In this document: one piece after another, positions 1-8,994 of the stretch
Layout of the letters: every line of letters starts with the position of its first letter
Numbering within the stretch: position 1 is the first letter of the stretch
The notes under the pieces: generated by a model
Seen by the model: the letters and a program-made list of their open reading frames with translations, nothing else
Told to the model about the DNA's origin: nothing
Database searches by the model: none
Origin: a bacterium
Lineage (GTDB): Bacteria; UBA8248
Direction: 5' to 3'
Assembly (NCBI GenBank): GCA_965219955.1
Contig: OZ244799.1
Coordinates: forward strand, 864,001 to 928,000
Length of the DNA stretch: 64,000 nucleotides
Program-made: the position numbers and the translations under genes

Positions 1-699
1 CTGGAGATTGTCGCTCCCCGTCCGGGCGAGCGCGTGCTCGACCTGGGTTCCGGCCCAGGCTTCATGACGCTGGAGGCCGGGCGCATGGTGGGGGCGGGAG
101 GCGCCGTTTTCGGCGTGGACAAGAGCGCGCCCATGCTCGCCCTCGCCGAGAAGCGTTGCGCATCCCAGCCGCAGGTGTCGTTCCACGAGGCCGATGCGCT
201 GAGCCTCCCTTTCGAGGATGGCGGTTTCGATGCGGCCATCGTCTCTCAGGTGTATGAATACGTCACCGACATGGAGGCCGCACTGACGGAGCTTTGCCGC
301 GTGCTGCGGCCCGGCGGACGCGCCCTCATCATGGATACGGATTGGGGTTCGCTCGTATGGAACGCGCAGGACGCCGAGCGGGCGAAGCGGATTTTCGCCG
401 CATGGGACGCGCATCTGGCCGACCCTCATCTGCCGAGAAGATTGTCGCCCCTGCTGCAAGGCGCAGGTTTCGAGATCATGGACTCAAGGGTTTTGCCTCT
501 TCTCAATACGGAGTATCCTGCGGAGAACTACAGCCACGGCATGGTGAGCGTCATCGTGCCCTTCGTCATCCGCAAGGGCGGCGTGCCGAAGGAAGTGGCA
601 AAAGCCTGGGCGGAGGATTTGAAGGCGCTGGGCGAGCGTGGGGAGTATTTCTTCAGTCTCAACCGCTACGTCTTTCTGGCGAGAAAATCAGGAGCCTAG
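1..699 (+). CDS. Class I SAM-dependent methyltransferase (UbiE/ArsM-like), 5' end outside window
   Basis: Frame open from base 1; VLDLGSGPG SAM motif, LPFEDGGFD and RVLRPGGR motifs. Confidence 0.85.
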   Translation: MEIVAPRPGERVLDLGSGPGFMTLEAGRMVGAGGAVFGVDKSAPMLALAEKRCASQPQVSFHEADALSLPFEDGGFDAAIVSQVYEYVTDMEAALTELCRVLRPGGRALIMDTDWGSLVWNAQDAERAKRIFAAWDAHLADPHLPRRLSPLLQGAGFEIMDSRVLPLLNTEYPAENYSHGMVSVIVPFVIRKGGVPKEVAKAWAEDLKALGERGEYFFSLNRYVFLARKSGA

Positions 700-700
700 A

Positions 701-1591
701 ATGGACAGGTTCATCGACTGCCACAATCACCTGCACGGATTCAGTTTCGACGACTGGGAACTCCAGGGCATGTGCGGGATGGCGGGTTCCGTCCTCTCCT
801 GCGGGAATCCCCACGTGCACCGCGAGATTTGGAAGCGCGCGCCCGGGCCGGAGGATGTGGAGAGGCTTTGGGAGAGCCCTCTCAGGATGGCCGAAGCCGC
901 CGAGGCCAAACACCACATTCGAGCCATGTGCGCCGTGGGCGTGAGTTCGATGACCCGGGTGGACGGCTGGGAGCGGCTCATCGACGCGCTCCCCGGCTAT
1001 CTGGAGAACGATCGGGTGGCCGCCCTGGGGGAGGTGGGCCTGGACCCGGGGCAATATTTTGGCTTTTCCTGGGATCTGGAAGATCAGGCCAGATGCCTCG
1101 AAGCGCAGGCGCGCCTCGCGGCGGAGCTTGAAAAGCCCCTGATCCTCCACACGCCCACCTACAAGAACCCGAAGGAATTCCTGGGCGGCGTGGACACGCA
1201 GGGAGAGGTTTCGCCCGAAGAGTTCAGGCTCCATTACCTCAAGATGGACCTGGAAGTCATCGATGCCGCAGGTCTCGACCACGCACTGCTCGTGGTCGAC
1301 CACGTGGATGCGACGATAGTGGATTTCGTTCACGAAGAGACGGGCGCGTGGTGCGCGACGAGCCTCGGCAGCCGGCTTCGGCCGATTCCCCCCTCCGCCG
1401 TCGTGGAATGGGTGCGGCGTCACGGGGGAGGGCGCATGATGCTCAACTCCGACCTCATTCCCTACACGTCGAACGACCTCTACTGCATCCCCCGGGCGAT
1501 TCGCGCCATGCGCCGGGGCGGCATCGCCGAGGCGGAGATCGAAAAAGCGGCATTCGGCAACGCGAACGCGCTCTTCGGCTTCGGTCTCTAG
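701..1591 (+). CDS. TatD-family metal-dependent hydrolase
   Basis: MDRFIDCHNH (HxH), ALGEVGLD, ILHTP, VVDH, LNSD; ATG follows the upstream stop. Confidence 0.8.
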   Translation: MDRFIDCHNHLHGFSFDDWELQGMCGMAGSVLSCGNPHVHREIWKRAPGPEDVERLWESPLRMAEAAEAKHHIRAMCAVGVSSMTRVDGWERLIDALPGYLENDRVAALGEVGLDPGQYFGFSWDLEDQARCLEAQARLAAELEKPLILHTPTYKNPKEFLGGVDTQGEVSPEEFRLHYLKMDLEVIDAAGLDHALLVVDHVDATIVDFVHEETGAWCATSLGSRLRPIPPSAVVEWVRRHGGGRMMLNSDLIPYTSNDLYCIPRAIRAMRRGGIAEAEIEKAAFGNANALFGFGL

Positions 1592-1592
1592 A

Positions 1593-2303
1593 TCAGTCCA
1601 GCACCGCCACGGCGCGCACCGGCGAGCCCGTGGCGTCTTTCAGCTTGATGGGCAGGCACAGGAAGGTGAAGCGCTTGCCCACCAGGCGCCTGGGGATCAC
1701 CAGGTTCTCCGTGTTGAGCATCCCCCGCTCCTTGCACACCTGGTGAGAGGGATAGGGCTCTTCCGACTCGGGAAACATCTGCGTGGGGTTTTCTATCGTG
1801 AACGCCTCGCAGCCGATGTTGCGCACCCCCCGATCGGCGAGATACTCGGTGGCGGGCCGGCTCAGGCCTGCGAATTCTTTCCACCATACATCGGGATTCG
1901 GGTCCTTGAACGACTTCTCGAAATGCCCCGTGTAGTACAAGAAAGCGTCACCCTCTTCGATGGAAAGCCCGTGTTTGTCCAGTTCGCGCTCGATGTGTTC
2001 GGTTTCGATGTAGGTCCTGGGCGCGACGTCCGAGAAATCCACGCAAATCGCGCTCGAATAAAAACGCTCCAGCGGCAACTGGTCGATGGAGGGCGCGTCT
2101 CCGGGCACGTAGTGGTTCAGGGCGTCCACGTGGCTTCCGGTGTGATCCGAGAGCGTGAGCTTCATGGCCGCGAAGGAGAATTTCCCGAGAAATCTTTTGG
2201 AAGATTCCTCGTGCGTCATCATCGGCTCGATGGCCACCTTGGGGTGGAACGGACGCTCGAATCCGCCCGCCGCCACGGTTTGTGAGAGGTCGATCAATTC
2301 CAT
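1593..2303 (-). CDS. Cyclase / kynurenine formamidase family protein
   Basis: HTGSHVDALNH signature; C-terminal LPIKLKDATGSPVRAVA. Confidence 0.9.
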   Translation of the reverse strand: MELIDLSQTVAAGGFERPFHPKVAIEPMMTHEESSKRFLGKFSFAAMKLTLSDHTGSHVDALNHYVPGDAPSIDQLPLERFYSSAICVDFSDVAPRTYIETEHIERELDKHGLSIEEGDAFLYYTGHFEKSFKDPNPDVWWKEFAGLSRPATEYLADRGVRNIGCEAFTIENPTQMFPESEEPYPSHQVCKERGMLNTENLVIPRRLVGKRFTFLCLPIKLKDATGSPVRAVAVLD

Positions 2304-2348
2304 GGAATTTTATCCTTTCCTCGTAAAACGTGAATCAAATCTCTGTCT

Positions 2349-3935
2349 TCAGGCCATCATGGTCTCGACGGGCGCCCAGAATCGTTCGATTTCCAGGTCT
2401 TCGGCGATCGCGTTCGCGCAGTTGTAACCGGGCGCTCCCGTCACCGCGCCGCCCACGTGCGAACTCGAACCGCACAGGTAGAGCTTGCCGATCGGCGTGC
2501 GGAAGTCGCTCACGTCCGGATGCGGGCGGTTGTAGCCCAACTGCTCGGGAATGTAGGCGCCCACGTGGTGGCTCGCGCGTACGAAGTTCGGGTTCATGCG
2601 CACGATGTCGAGCGGCGTGTAGAGATAGCTGCCCATAATGTTGTCGTGGTTGATGTTGGGCGCATACGGCGTCCAGGAGTCGATGAAGTGCTGGGTGTAC
2701 TCCTCGCGCCGCGCGTCCCACGCCTCGGCGCCTCCGTCTTTGAGTTCAAAGGGCGCAAACGGCCACCAGTAGCCCACGTGCGTGCCGTCCGGCGAGTAGG
2801 TCGGGTCGAAGTGGCTGTTGCTGCCGCCATTGCCCATGAGCTTGGGCAGTTCGCCGTCGTGGATCGTCTCGAAGCACGCGTCGATCTCCTCGGTCGAGTC
2901 CGCGCCCCAGAAGATGTTGAACGTCTTGTTGATGTCGGGCTCGAATTTCGCGGCCGCGAAATCGGGCGCTTCCTTGAGCGCCAGGTGGATGGTGCACAGC
3001 CCGTGGCTCGCCCACTGATACTCGAGAGCCGCCCTGGCGAGCTTGCCGCCGAAGTAATCCTCCCCGGCCAGGCGAACCGTGAGCGGCCAGTTCACCCCGC
3101 TCGCCACGAACTCGGTGGCCTCGATGCGTGTGCCGTCCTCGAGGATGACGCCGGTGGCGTCGCCGCTTTCCACCGTGATCTCGCGGACCTCCGCGTTGGT
3201 GAACACCTTGCCGCCGCCTCGAACGACCACGCGCTCGAGCGCGCGCGTGAAGTTCACCGAACCGCCGACAGGCAGGGCGAAGCTTGCGATGCGCGAGAAT
3301 ATTCTCGGGAAGAAGATGCCCGTCGTGGGCGTGTTCTCGAGAGTGAAGGAACCCAGGAAGAGCTTGAACAGCACCCGCAACCTGTCGTCTTCGAAGTGCT
3401 GGTCCACCGCATCGTACATGCTCAAGTTCGCATAGCTTAAGAACTCACGGCCCAGCGGCCCCGCGAAGCGCTCTTTGAGCTCCTCCGGCGGCAGGGGGGC
3501 GCAGTACATGAAGGAGGTGATGATGTCGAGCATACCTTCTGTGAACTTGACGTGGAGGTCCCGGTAGGTTTTCGCGTCGTTCTTGTTGATGCGCTCGATC
3601 GACTTGACGGTCTTCTCCACGTCGCGGTGGATGACGAACGCCGTGCCGTCGCTGAAGAGGGCACCTTGCTGAAATTCCGGGAAGATGAGGCTGAAGCCGT
3701 ATTCGTGGAGTTCCAGATCGCGCAGGATGGGGCTTCTCTCCAGGCCCACGTAGTAATTCGAGTGCAGGTTGTGCTTGAAGCCCGGCAGTGTGACTTCGTG
3801 CGTGGAGCAGCCCCCGCCGGCGACGTCTGCGCGTTCCAGGACGGCTACTTTTTTCCCGGCCTTCGCCAGATAGGCGGCGCATACCAGGCTGTTATGTCCG
3901 CCGCCGACGAACAATCCATCGTAAGATTCGGTCAT
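2349..3935 (-). CDS. Phytoene desaturase-like FAD-dependent oxidoreductase
   Basis: VGGGHNSL FAD motif; C-terminal RTPIGKLYLCGSSSHVGGAVTGAPGYNCA. Confidence 0.85.
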   Translation of the reverse strand: MTESYDGLFVGGGHNSLVCAAYLAKAGKKVAVLERADVAGGGCSTHEVTLPGFKHNLHSNYYVGLERSPILRDLELHEYGFSLIFPEFQQGALFSDGTAFVIHRDVEKTVKSIERINKNDAKTYRDLHVKFTEGMLDIITSFMYCAPLPPEELKERFAGPLGREFLSYANLSMYDAVDQHFEDDRLRVLFKLFLGSFTLENTPTTGIFFPRIFSRIASFALPVGGSVNFTRALERVVVRGGGKVFTNAEVREITVESGDATGVILEDGTRIEATEFVASGVNWPLTVRLAGEDYFGGKLARAALEYQWASHGLCTIHLALKEAPDFAAAKFEPDINKTFNIFWGADSTEEIDACFETIHDGELPKLMGNGGSNSHFDPTYSPDGTHVGYWWPFAPFELKDGGAEAWDARREEYTQHFIDSWTPYAPNINHDNIMGSYLYTPLDIVRMNPNFVRASHHVGAYIPEQLGYNRPHPDVSDFRTPIGKLYLCGSSSHVGGAVTGAPGYNCANAIAEDLEIERFWAPVETMMA

Positions 3936-4043
3936 GATCCCTCTCCTCTGAAAGGACTCAGCCTCGCGGGCTGCTTGCGAACTGGTTTGAATGTGTCCCT
4001 ATTCTGCCTTGTTGAGGCGCATTTCTCAATCCGCCTTTTTCTC

Positions 4044-4436
4044 TCAGGCCTCCGGGATATAGGCCGTGGCGTCGATTTCCACCAGAAAATCCTCTGAAGC
4101 CAGCCCGTCCACGATCACGCCCGTGCTCGCGGGCGCATGAGGGCCGAAGTATTCCGCGATCACCGCGTATACGGGCTTTCGGTACGCCCTGTCGGTAATG
4201 TAGTTCGTGAGCTTCACGACGTGGGAGAGGTCGCCGCCCGCCTCTTCGAGAAGCCGGCGGATGTTCTCGCACGCCTGGCGGGCCTGGGCCGCGGCGTCGC
4301 CGCGCGCGGGAGGTGTGCCGTCGAGCCCCTCTCCGGTCTGGCCCGCGAGATAGAGCGTCCTGCCCGCCAGAAGGCCCTGTGAATAGCTGCCCGCCCCGGC
4401 GGTCACCTGCGTGGTGTGGAATTTTTGGAATGACAT
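4044..4436 (-). CDS. RidA/YjgF family protein
   Basis: YSQG, LYLAGQ, VVKLTNY, PAST, VEIDATA; start moved to MSFQ downstream of a GGAG. Confidence 0.85.
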   Translation of the reverse strand: MSFQKFHTTQVTAGAGSYSQGLLAGRTLYLAGQTGEGLDGTPPARGDAAAQARQACENIRRLLEEAGGDLSHVVKLTNYITDRAYRKPVYAVIAEYFGPHAPASTGVIVDGLASEDFLVEIDATAYIPEA

Positions 4437-4569
4437 GGCGATATCTCCAGAAATCATCGAAGAATTGGAAAAGGTAAGCGATGGCGCTTTTCTGACGCGT
4501 GTATGAGCTTCAGGGCCTGTGCATAAGGAAGTTGCGGTGGAATGCGCACCCACCCGCGCCGCGCGAGCG

Positions 4570-4965
4570 TTACTCCATATCGAACATCGCCGTGGACGCG
4601 ACCTCGATCAGGTTGTTCTCCGGGTCCCGGAAGAAGATTTGGGGATAACCGTAAGGCTCGTCGTGAAACGGGATGTCGTGCGACTTGAGCCTCTCCTTCA
4701 TGCCTGCCAGATCTTCCGTCACCATTCCGAAGTGGTGGTCCATATAGCCGTCTTCGTTGTCGCTGATGGAATGCTTCACGTGCGTGTCGCTCACCTTGGC
4801 GAGGTGAATCTGATGATCCGTACCCGCCTCGTACCAATAGCCGGGGAAGGGGAAGTGGGGCCGGGGCATCTCGGGCAGTCCCATGATTTCGTTATAAAAC
4901 TTGTGCATGGCCGGCAAATCCCGGCAATAGATGCTGAAGTGCTGCAGGAACTTGATCTTGGACAT
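4570..4965 (-). CDS. VOC/glyoxalase family protein
   Basis: LQHFSI...FY...GL, QIHL, HHFG, QIFFRDPENNLIEV; start at MSKIK after GAGGAG. Confidence 0.85.
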   Translation of the reverse strand: MSKIKFLQHFSIYCRDLPAMHKFYNEIMGLPEMPRPHFPFPGYWYEAGTDHQIHLAKVSDTHVKHSISDNEDGYMDHHFGMVTEDLAGMKERLKSHDIPFHDEPYGYPQIFFRDPENNLIEVASTAMFDME

Positions 4966-5109
4966 CGGCGTCTCTCCTCGGATTGTCGAGTTCTTTCTCA
5001 CACTAATAATGCTCTTTTCCCTCTCTGGCAAGGCGCGGCTTCCACTGGAGATACTCAAATCCGCACGTTTGTCGTATCCTGCTGAAAACACCAAACCGGA
5101 GGAATCCTC

Positions 5110-6513
5110 ATGGCGGGTCGTTTCGTGGTCGAAAACGCCTGCGTCCTCACTCAGAACGAGGCGCGTGATGTGCTCCCCCGCGCGTCGGTGCTGGTCGAGG
5201 ATGGCCGGGTCGCCGAGATCTCTGAATCCAGCATAGACGCAGGCGCGGCAGAGGTGATCGACGGCGAGGACATGGCCCTCATGCCGGGGCTGGTAAACGC
5301 CCACAGCCACATCATGTGCATTCTTTTGCGCGGCGGCCTGGGCGCGGATAGGCGGCTCATGGACTGGCGCCTGAACGTCATGGCGCCCGGCCAGGTCGCC
5401 TATACGCCCGGGGATGCGGCGCTCTCCGTCAAGCTCTTCGCGTGCGAAGCGATTCGCTCCGGCACCACGGCGGTGGTGACGAACGAGCGGGTCCCCATCC
5501 CGCTGGCCGAGGCGATGATAGAGGCCATGGACGATTCGGGCATGCGGAGCGTCTTCGCCTTATGCTTCAACGAAATGTCTCCTTCGGGAAAACTCGCCGA
5601 GCGGGCGCACTCCCACATCGCCGCCTGGGGGAAGACCTTTCCGCCGAGTCTCAAGACGAGGGATGAGGTGTTCGAGGAGACTTCCCACCTGGTGGACAAA
5701 TACCACGGTCGCTCCGGTGGCCGGGTTCTCGTCTGGCCGGGGCCGAACATCCCCGTCTACGTGAAGCCCGAGACATTCCGCGAGGTGGACGAATGGGCCG
5801 GCGAGCGCGGCCTTCGCGTCTCCACGCACGTATCGGAAGACCCCATGGAATCAGAAGTGGGCGGCCTTCCCGTGGTGCAGCACCTGGCGGCCTGGGGTCT
5901 GCTCTCGGAGCGTCTCGTCGCCGGCCACTGCATTCACTTGAGCGAGGAGGACATACGCCTCCTCAAGGAATCAGGTACGCAGGCCGTGCATCTGCCCTCT
6001 AGCAATATGTATCTGGGTTCGGGCGTCTCGCCGGTGCCGCGCATGCTGGGCTACGGCATCCCCGTGGCGCTCGGCACGGACAATGCGAACTGCAACGACC
6101 TCGTCAACATGTTCTGGGAGATAAGGCTCGCCTGCCTGCTCCACAAGGGCGTGCAGCAGGACCCCGCAGCCATCACGGCGCAGCAGGTGCTCGACATGGC
6201 CACGCGCAACGGCGCTCGCGCTCTCGGCCTGGAAGAAGAAATCGGGAGCATCGAGGTGGGCAAGCGGGCGGATATGATTCTGCTCGACATGAGCGGCCCC
6301 CACATGCACCCGAATCATCATCTGCCGTCCGTGCTCGCGTACCAGACCCACGGGACGGAAGTGCGCTGGGTCTGGGTGGAAGGCGAGCCGCTCATGGAAG
6401 CGGGACGCCTGAGCAGGATAAGCGAAGATGAGGAACGCGCGATTCGCGGGGAGGCGCAGGCGGCGTCCGCGGCTATCGTCGAGCGAGCGGGCCTGATTGT
6501 CCCCGGGACATGA
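5110..6513 (+). CDS. Amidohydrolase-superfamily deaminase/chlorohydrolase, AtzA/TriA-like
   Basis: PGLVNAHSH, ILLRGG, THVSE, AGHC, SNMYLGSG, GTDNANCND, GSIEVGKRAD; strongly resembles AtzA/TriA as recalled. Confidence 0.85.
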   Translation: MAGRFVVENACVLTQNEARDVLPRASVLVEDGRVAEISESSIDAGAAEVIDGEDMALMPGLVNAHSHIMCILLRGGLGADRRLMDWRLNVMAPGQVAYTPGDAALSVKLFACEAIRSGTTAVVTNERVPIPLAEAMIEAMDDSGMRSVFALCFNEMSPSGKLAERAHSHIAAWGKTFPPSLKTRDEVFEETSHLVDKYHGRSGGRVLVWPGPNIPVYVKPETFREVDEWAGERGLRVSTHVSEDPMESEVGGLPVVQHLAAWGLLSERLVAGHCIHLSEEDIRLLKESGTQAVHLPSSNMYLGSGVSPVPRMLGYGIPVALGTDNANCNDLVNMFWEIRLACLLHKGVQQDPAAITAQQVLDMATRNGARALGLEEEIGSIEVGKRADMILLDMSGPHMHPNHHLPSVLAYQTHGTEVRWVWVEGEPLMEAGRLSRISEDEERAIRGEAQAASAAIVERAGLIVPGT

Positions 6514-6561
6514 AACGGCGTTCGCCCATCGAGCGCCCTTGATGAATAAGGAGACTCAATC

Positions 6562-7668
6562 GTGTTTGATACCCAGGTGGTGAAGTTTCAGATGTCGGGA
6601 CCCGAGGACGTCTCGGGTCTTGCGGAAGCGGTGGCGGAAGGCCGCATTCAGGCGGCGGACATTCAGGCCATCATCGCCAAGACCGAAGGCAACGGCCGGG
6701 TGAACGACTATTCGAGGCCATACGCGCTCCATTCCTTCGAGGATTACATGATGGAGAAGCTGGGCCTCTCCCGCGCCGAGGTGCAGGGCATGTGCGCCAT
6801 GGTGATGTCGGGTGGCTGCGAGGGGATCATGAGCCCCCACGCGGTGGCCATTTCCAAGACGGACGTGGGCGACGCCGAAGGCCCCGGCGAGAAGCGCCTC
6901 TCCATGGGGGTCGCCTTCACCAGGGAGCTTCTGCCCGAGGAGTTGGGCACGATGGCGCAGGTGGACTTGGTGGCCGAGGCGGCGGAGGAGGCGCTCGCAA
7001 AGGCGGGCGTGGATTCGCTGGATGATGTGGGCTACGTGCAGGTGAAGTGCCCGCTTTTGACGTCGGACCGCATCAACGACGCGGCCTCGCGTGGCAAGAA
7101 GGTGGTGAGTACGGACACCACGCGCTCGATGAGCCTGTCGAACGGGTGCTCGGCTCTGGGTGCTGCGGTGGGCATCGGGGAGATCGACAGGGCGTCGTTC
7201 GAGATAACCGACGTGTGCAGCCGGGGCGACCTGTATTCGGAGATGATCTCCTGCTCGGCGGGCGTGGAACTCATGCGTTCGGAAGTCGTCGTCCTGGCGA
7301 ATTCCTCCCAATCGGTGAGCCGCTACAAGATCGGCCGGGCGGTGATGCAGCACCTGATCGACGCCGACGCCGTGAGGCAGGCGCTCAAAAACGCAGGGCT
7401 CGCCTTCGAAGGCCTGCCGGGTGCGGATGATTTGAGCAGGGTTGTGCACGCGTTCGCGAAAGCCGGCGCGCCCTGGGACGGCAGGCTTCTGGGCAAGCGC
7501 GTCACGCTGCTCACGGATTCCGTTCTGGGCACGCGGCCCGTGCGCGCCGTGGCGAACGCCGTAATCGCGTCGGTGGTGCAGGACCCGGCGGTCTACGTCT
7601 CGGCCGGTCTCGTCTTCCACCAGGGTCCCGTGGGCGGAGGGGTGGTTTCCGCCATCATCGAGGCGTAG
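6562..7668 (+). CDS. Ring-opening amidohydrolase, cyanuric acid hydrolase/barbiturase (AtzD) family
   Basis: KTEGNGxVND, MSGGCEG, VQVKCPLLT, SCSAGVE, HQGPVGGG family signatures. Confidence 0.92.
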   Translation: MFDTQVVKFQMSGPEDVSGLAEAVAEGRIQAADIQAIIAKTEGNGRVNDYSRPYALHSFEDYMMEKLGLSRAEVQGMCAMVMSGGCEGIMSPHAVAISKTDVGDAEGPGEKRLSMGVAFTRELLPEELGTMAQVDLVAEAAEEALAKAGVDSLDDVGYVQVKCPLLTSDRINDAASRGKKVVSTDTTRSMSLSNGCSALGAAVGIGEIDRASFEITDVCSRGDLYSEMISCSAGVELMRSEVVVLANSSQSVSRYKIGRAVMQHLIDADAVRQALKNAGLAFEGLPGADDLSRVVHAFAKAGAPWDGRLLGKRVTLLTDSVLGTRPVRAVANAVIASVVQDPAVYVSAGLVFHQGPVGGGVVSAIIEA

Positions 7669-7782
7669 AGACGGAGTGAAGGGCCGAATGGTCAGGGAGA
7701 AGGACGCCTGAAAAATTATGATGATAAGGTGTTGAAATATATGAGGCTGGGGTTTTCCGGCGCAATTGAGGACAAAAAAATC

Positions 7783-7811
7783 TTGACACGATTCCGGGCC
7801 TTTGCTAGGAT
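7783..7811 (+). promoter_or_regulatory. Sigma70 promoter TTGACA-17bp-TAGGAT with extended -10 TG
   Basis: TTGACA 7783-7788, 17-nt spacer, TGcTAGGAT; A-tract just upstream and IHF-like site near 7725-7740. Confidence 0.7.
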
Positions 7812-7850
7812 TTGAGCGTACAAATCGCAAGTAGCAAGAGGAGGGCTGTC

Positions 7851-7946
7851 ATGGTAAGAAACTTGATAGTAACCGCCTACAACACATCTCTCCGGAGGGT
7901 TCTGAAAACGGCTCACCACCGGAAGAGGGTTCTGAAAAAACCCTAA
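7851..7946 (+). CDS. Candidate 31-aa basic peptide MVRNLIVTAYNTSLRRVLKTAHHRKRVLKKP
   Basis: AGGAGG at 7839-7844, 6 nt before the ATG; too short for the ORF track. Confidence 0.4.
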   Translation: MVRNLIVTAYNTSLRRVLKTAHHRKRVLKKP

Positions 7947-7998
7947 ACTGCCCCTTGGTGTTACCTGAAACGGGACATTGAGGGAAATTCAAAAACAG

Positions 7999-8031
7999 CA
8001 GGCGGCGTCGACGGGCGCCGCCTGTTTTTTT
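7999..8031 (+). terminator. Rho-independent terminator
   Basis: caggcggcgtc-gacg-ggcgccgcctg followed by T7. Confidence 0.85.
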
Positions 8032-8096
8032 GCGCGCGTTTTTGGAGGAGGGGCCGGGAGACCCCATCTTCCCCGAAAGCGTCGAAGCCCTCCCTC

Positions 8097-8297
8097 CTCA
8101 CCCTGAGTTGCGGCGGAGCCGCGTATCGAAGGTCAAACGCGATTGATGAATGAGCGTTTGCGTATTGATTTTTCCTCACCCGCAATCGCTCCTGATGCGC
8201 CCCGGCGAACCCTCCTTCATCGGTCGGGTTCGTGCCCTTGATACGGCCCTTCGGGCCTACTCGGGATGAAGAGGTTTGGCGAAGCCGCGTATCGAAG
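8097..8297. repeat. Intergenic repeat mosaic (CTCACCCTGAG...GTATCGAAGG doublet plus TCAAACGCGATTGATGA-type ends)
   Basis: Same motifs recur at 10557-10610, 19635-19748, 23635-23782, 37230-37430. Confidence 0.75.
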
Positions 8298-8304
8298 AGG
8301 GGCA

Positions 8305-8742
8305 CTACTCTCCGTGGCCGGGCGGGCGGCCACGGTTCATCTCGTCGGGTTCTTCGGCGAACTCCATGCGGTTCTTGATGGCGTCTATCGTGAAATCCTC
8401 CTTGTCACCGGCCAGCTCCGGGTTCCACATCGGGTAGAACACCTCGAGGGCCATCCCCGGCTCATCGCTCACCAATTTCAACGTATGCATCGCGCCCGCC
8501 TTGACGTGCACCACGTCGCCAGGCCCGATTCGCCGCACCTCGTCTTCGAGCGTGAACTCCCACTCGCCCGCCTGGATGTAGAAGAACTCCTCGTGGTCGG
8601 GGTGGTTGTGCAGTTTGGACGGCGTGCCGCCCGGCTCGGTGATCAGGTGCTGCATCTGGATGTTGTCGCCGAAGATGCGCCTGTGCGCGACGCCGGGGCG
8701 GTCGTGGCTCAAGGGCAGCATGTCCCAGTTGTAGAAACTCAT
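8305..8742 (-). CDS. Cupin domain protein
   Basis: LHNHPDHEEFFYIQAG and GPGDVVHVKAGAMH cupin motifs. Confidence 0.85.
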   Translation of the reverse strand: MSFYNWDMLPLSHDRPGVAHRRIFGDNIQMQHLITEPGGTPSKLHNHPDHEEFFYIQAGEWEFTLEDEVRRIGPGDVVHVKAGAMHTLKLVSDEPGMALEVFYPMWNPELAGDKEDFTIDAIKNRMEFAEEPDEMNRGRPPGHGE

Positions 8743-8994
8743 GGTGTATTCCTTCGCGTGAGAGGGAGAAAATGATCGCTTTTGAGCATGGAGGGCTTCG
8801 TTGCGCCCGACCCGCTCGTTTTATGCCGGCAATGCCGGGCATTCTAGGGGCAGGCAGCAAGGTAAGACAATCCGCGCGCTCATCCTCATGAAAAAAGATG
8901 GGAGACCTCGAACCGCATAGCCGTGCGCGGTGCTGTGGGATACACTACGTCCATTCGATTTCCACTTTACATATTATCGGGAGAGGAGATGGTC

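Larger units (their letters stand above)
7818..8031 (+). ncRNA. Candidate small structured RNA with three hairpins displaying (C)UGAA(A) loops
   Basis: Lies between the promoter and an intrinsic terminator; stems agggtt/aaccct and cccttggtgt/acattgaggg (G-U pairs work only on + strand). Confidence 0.5.
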
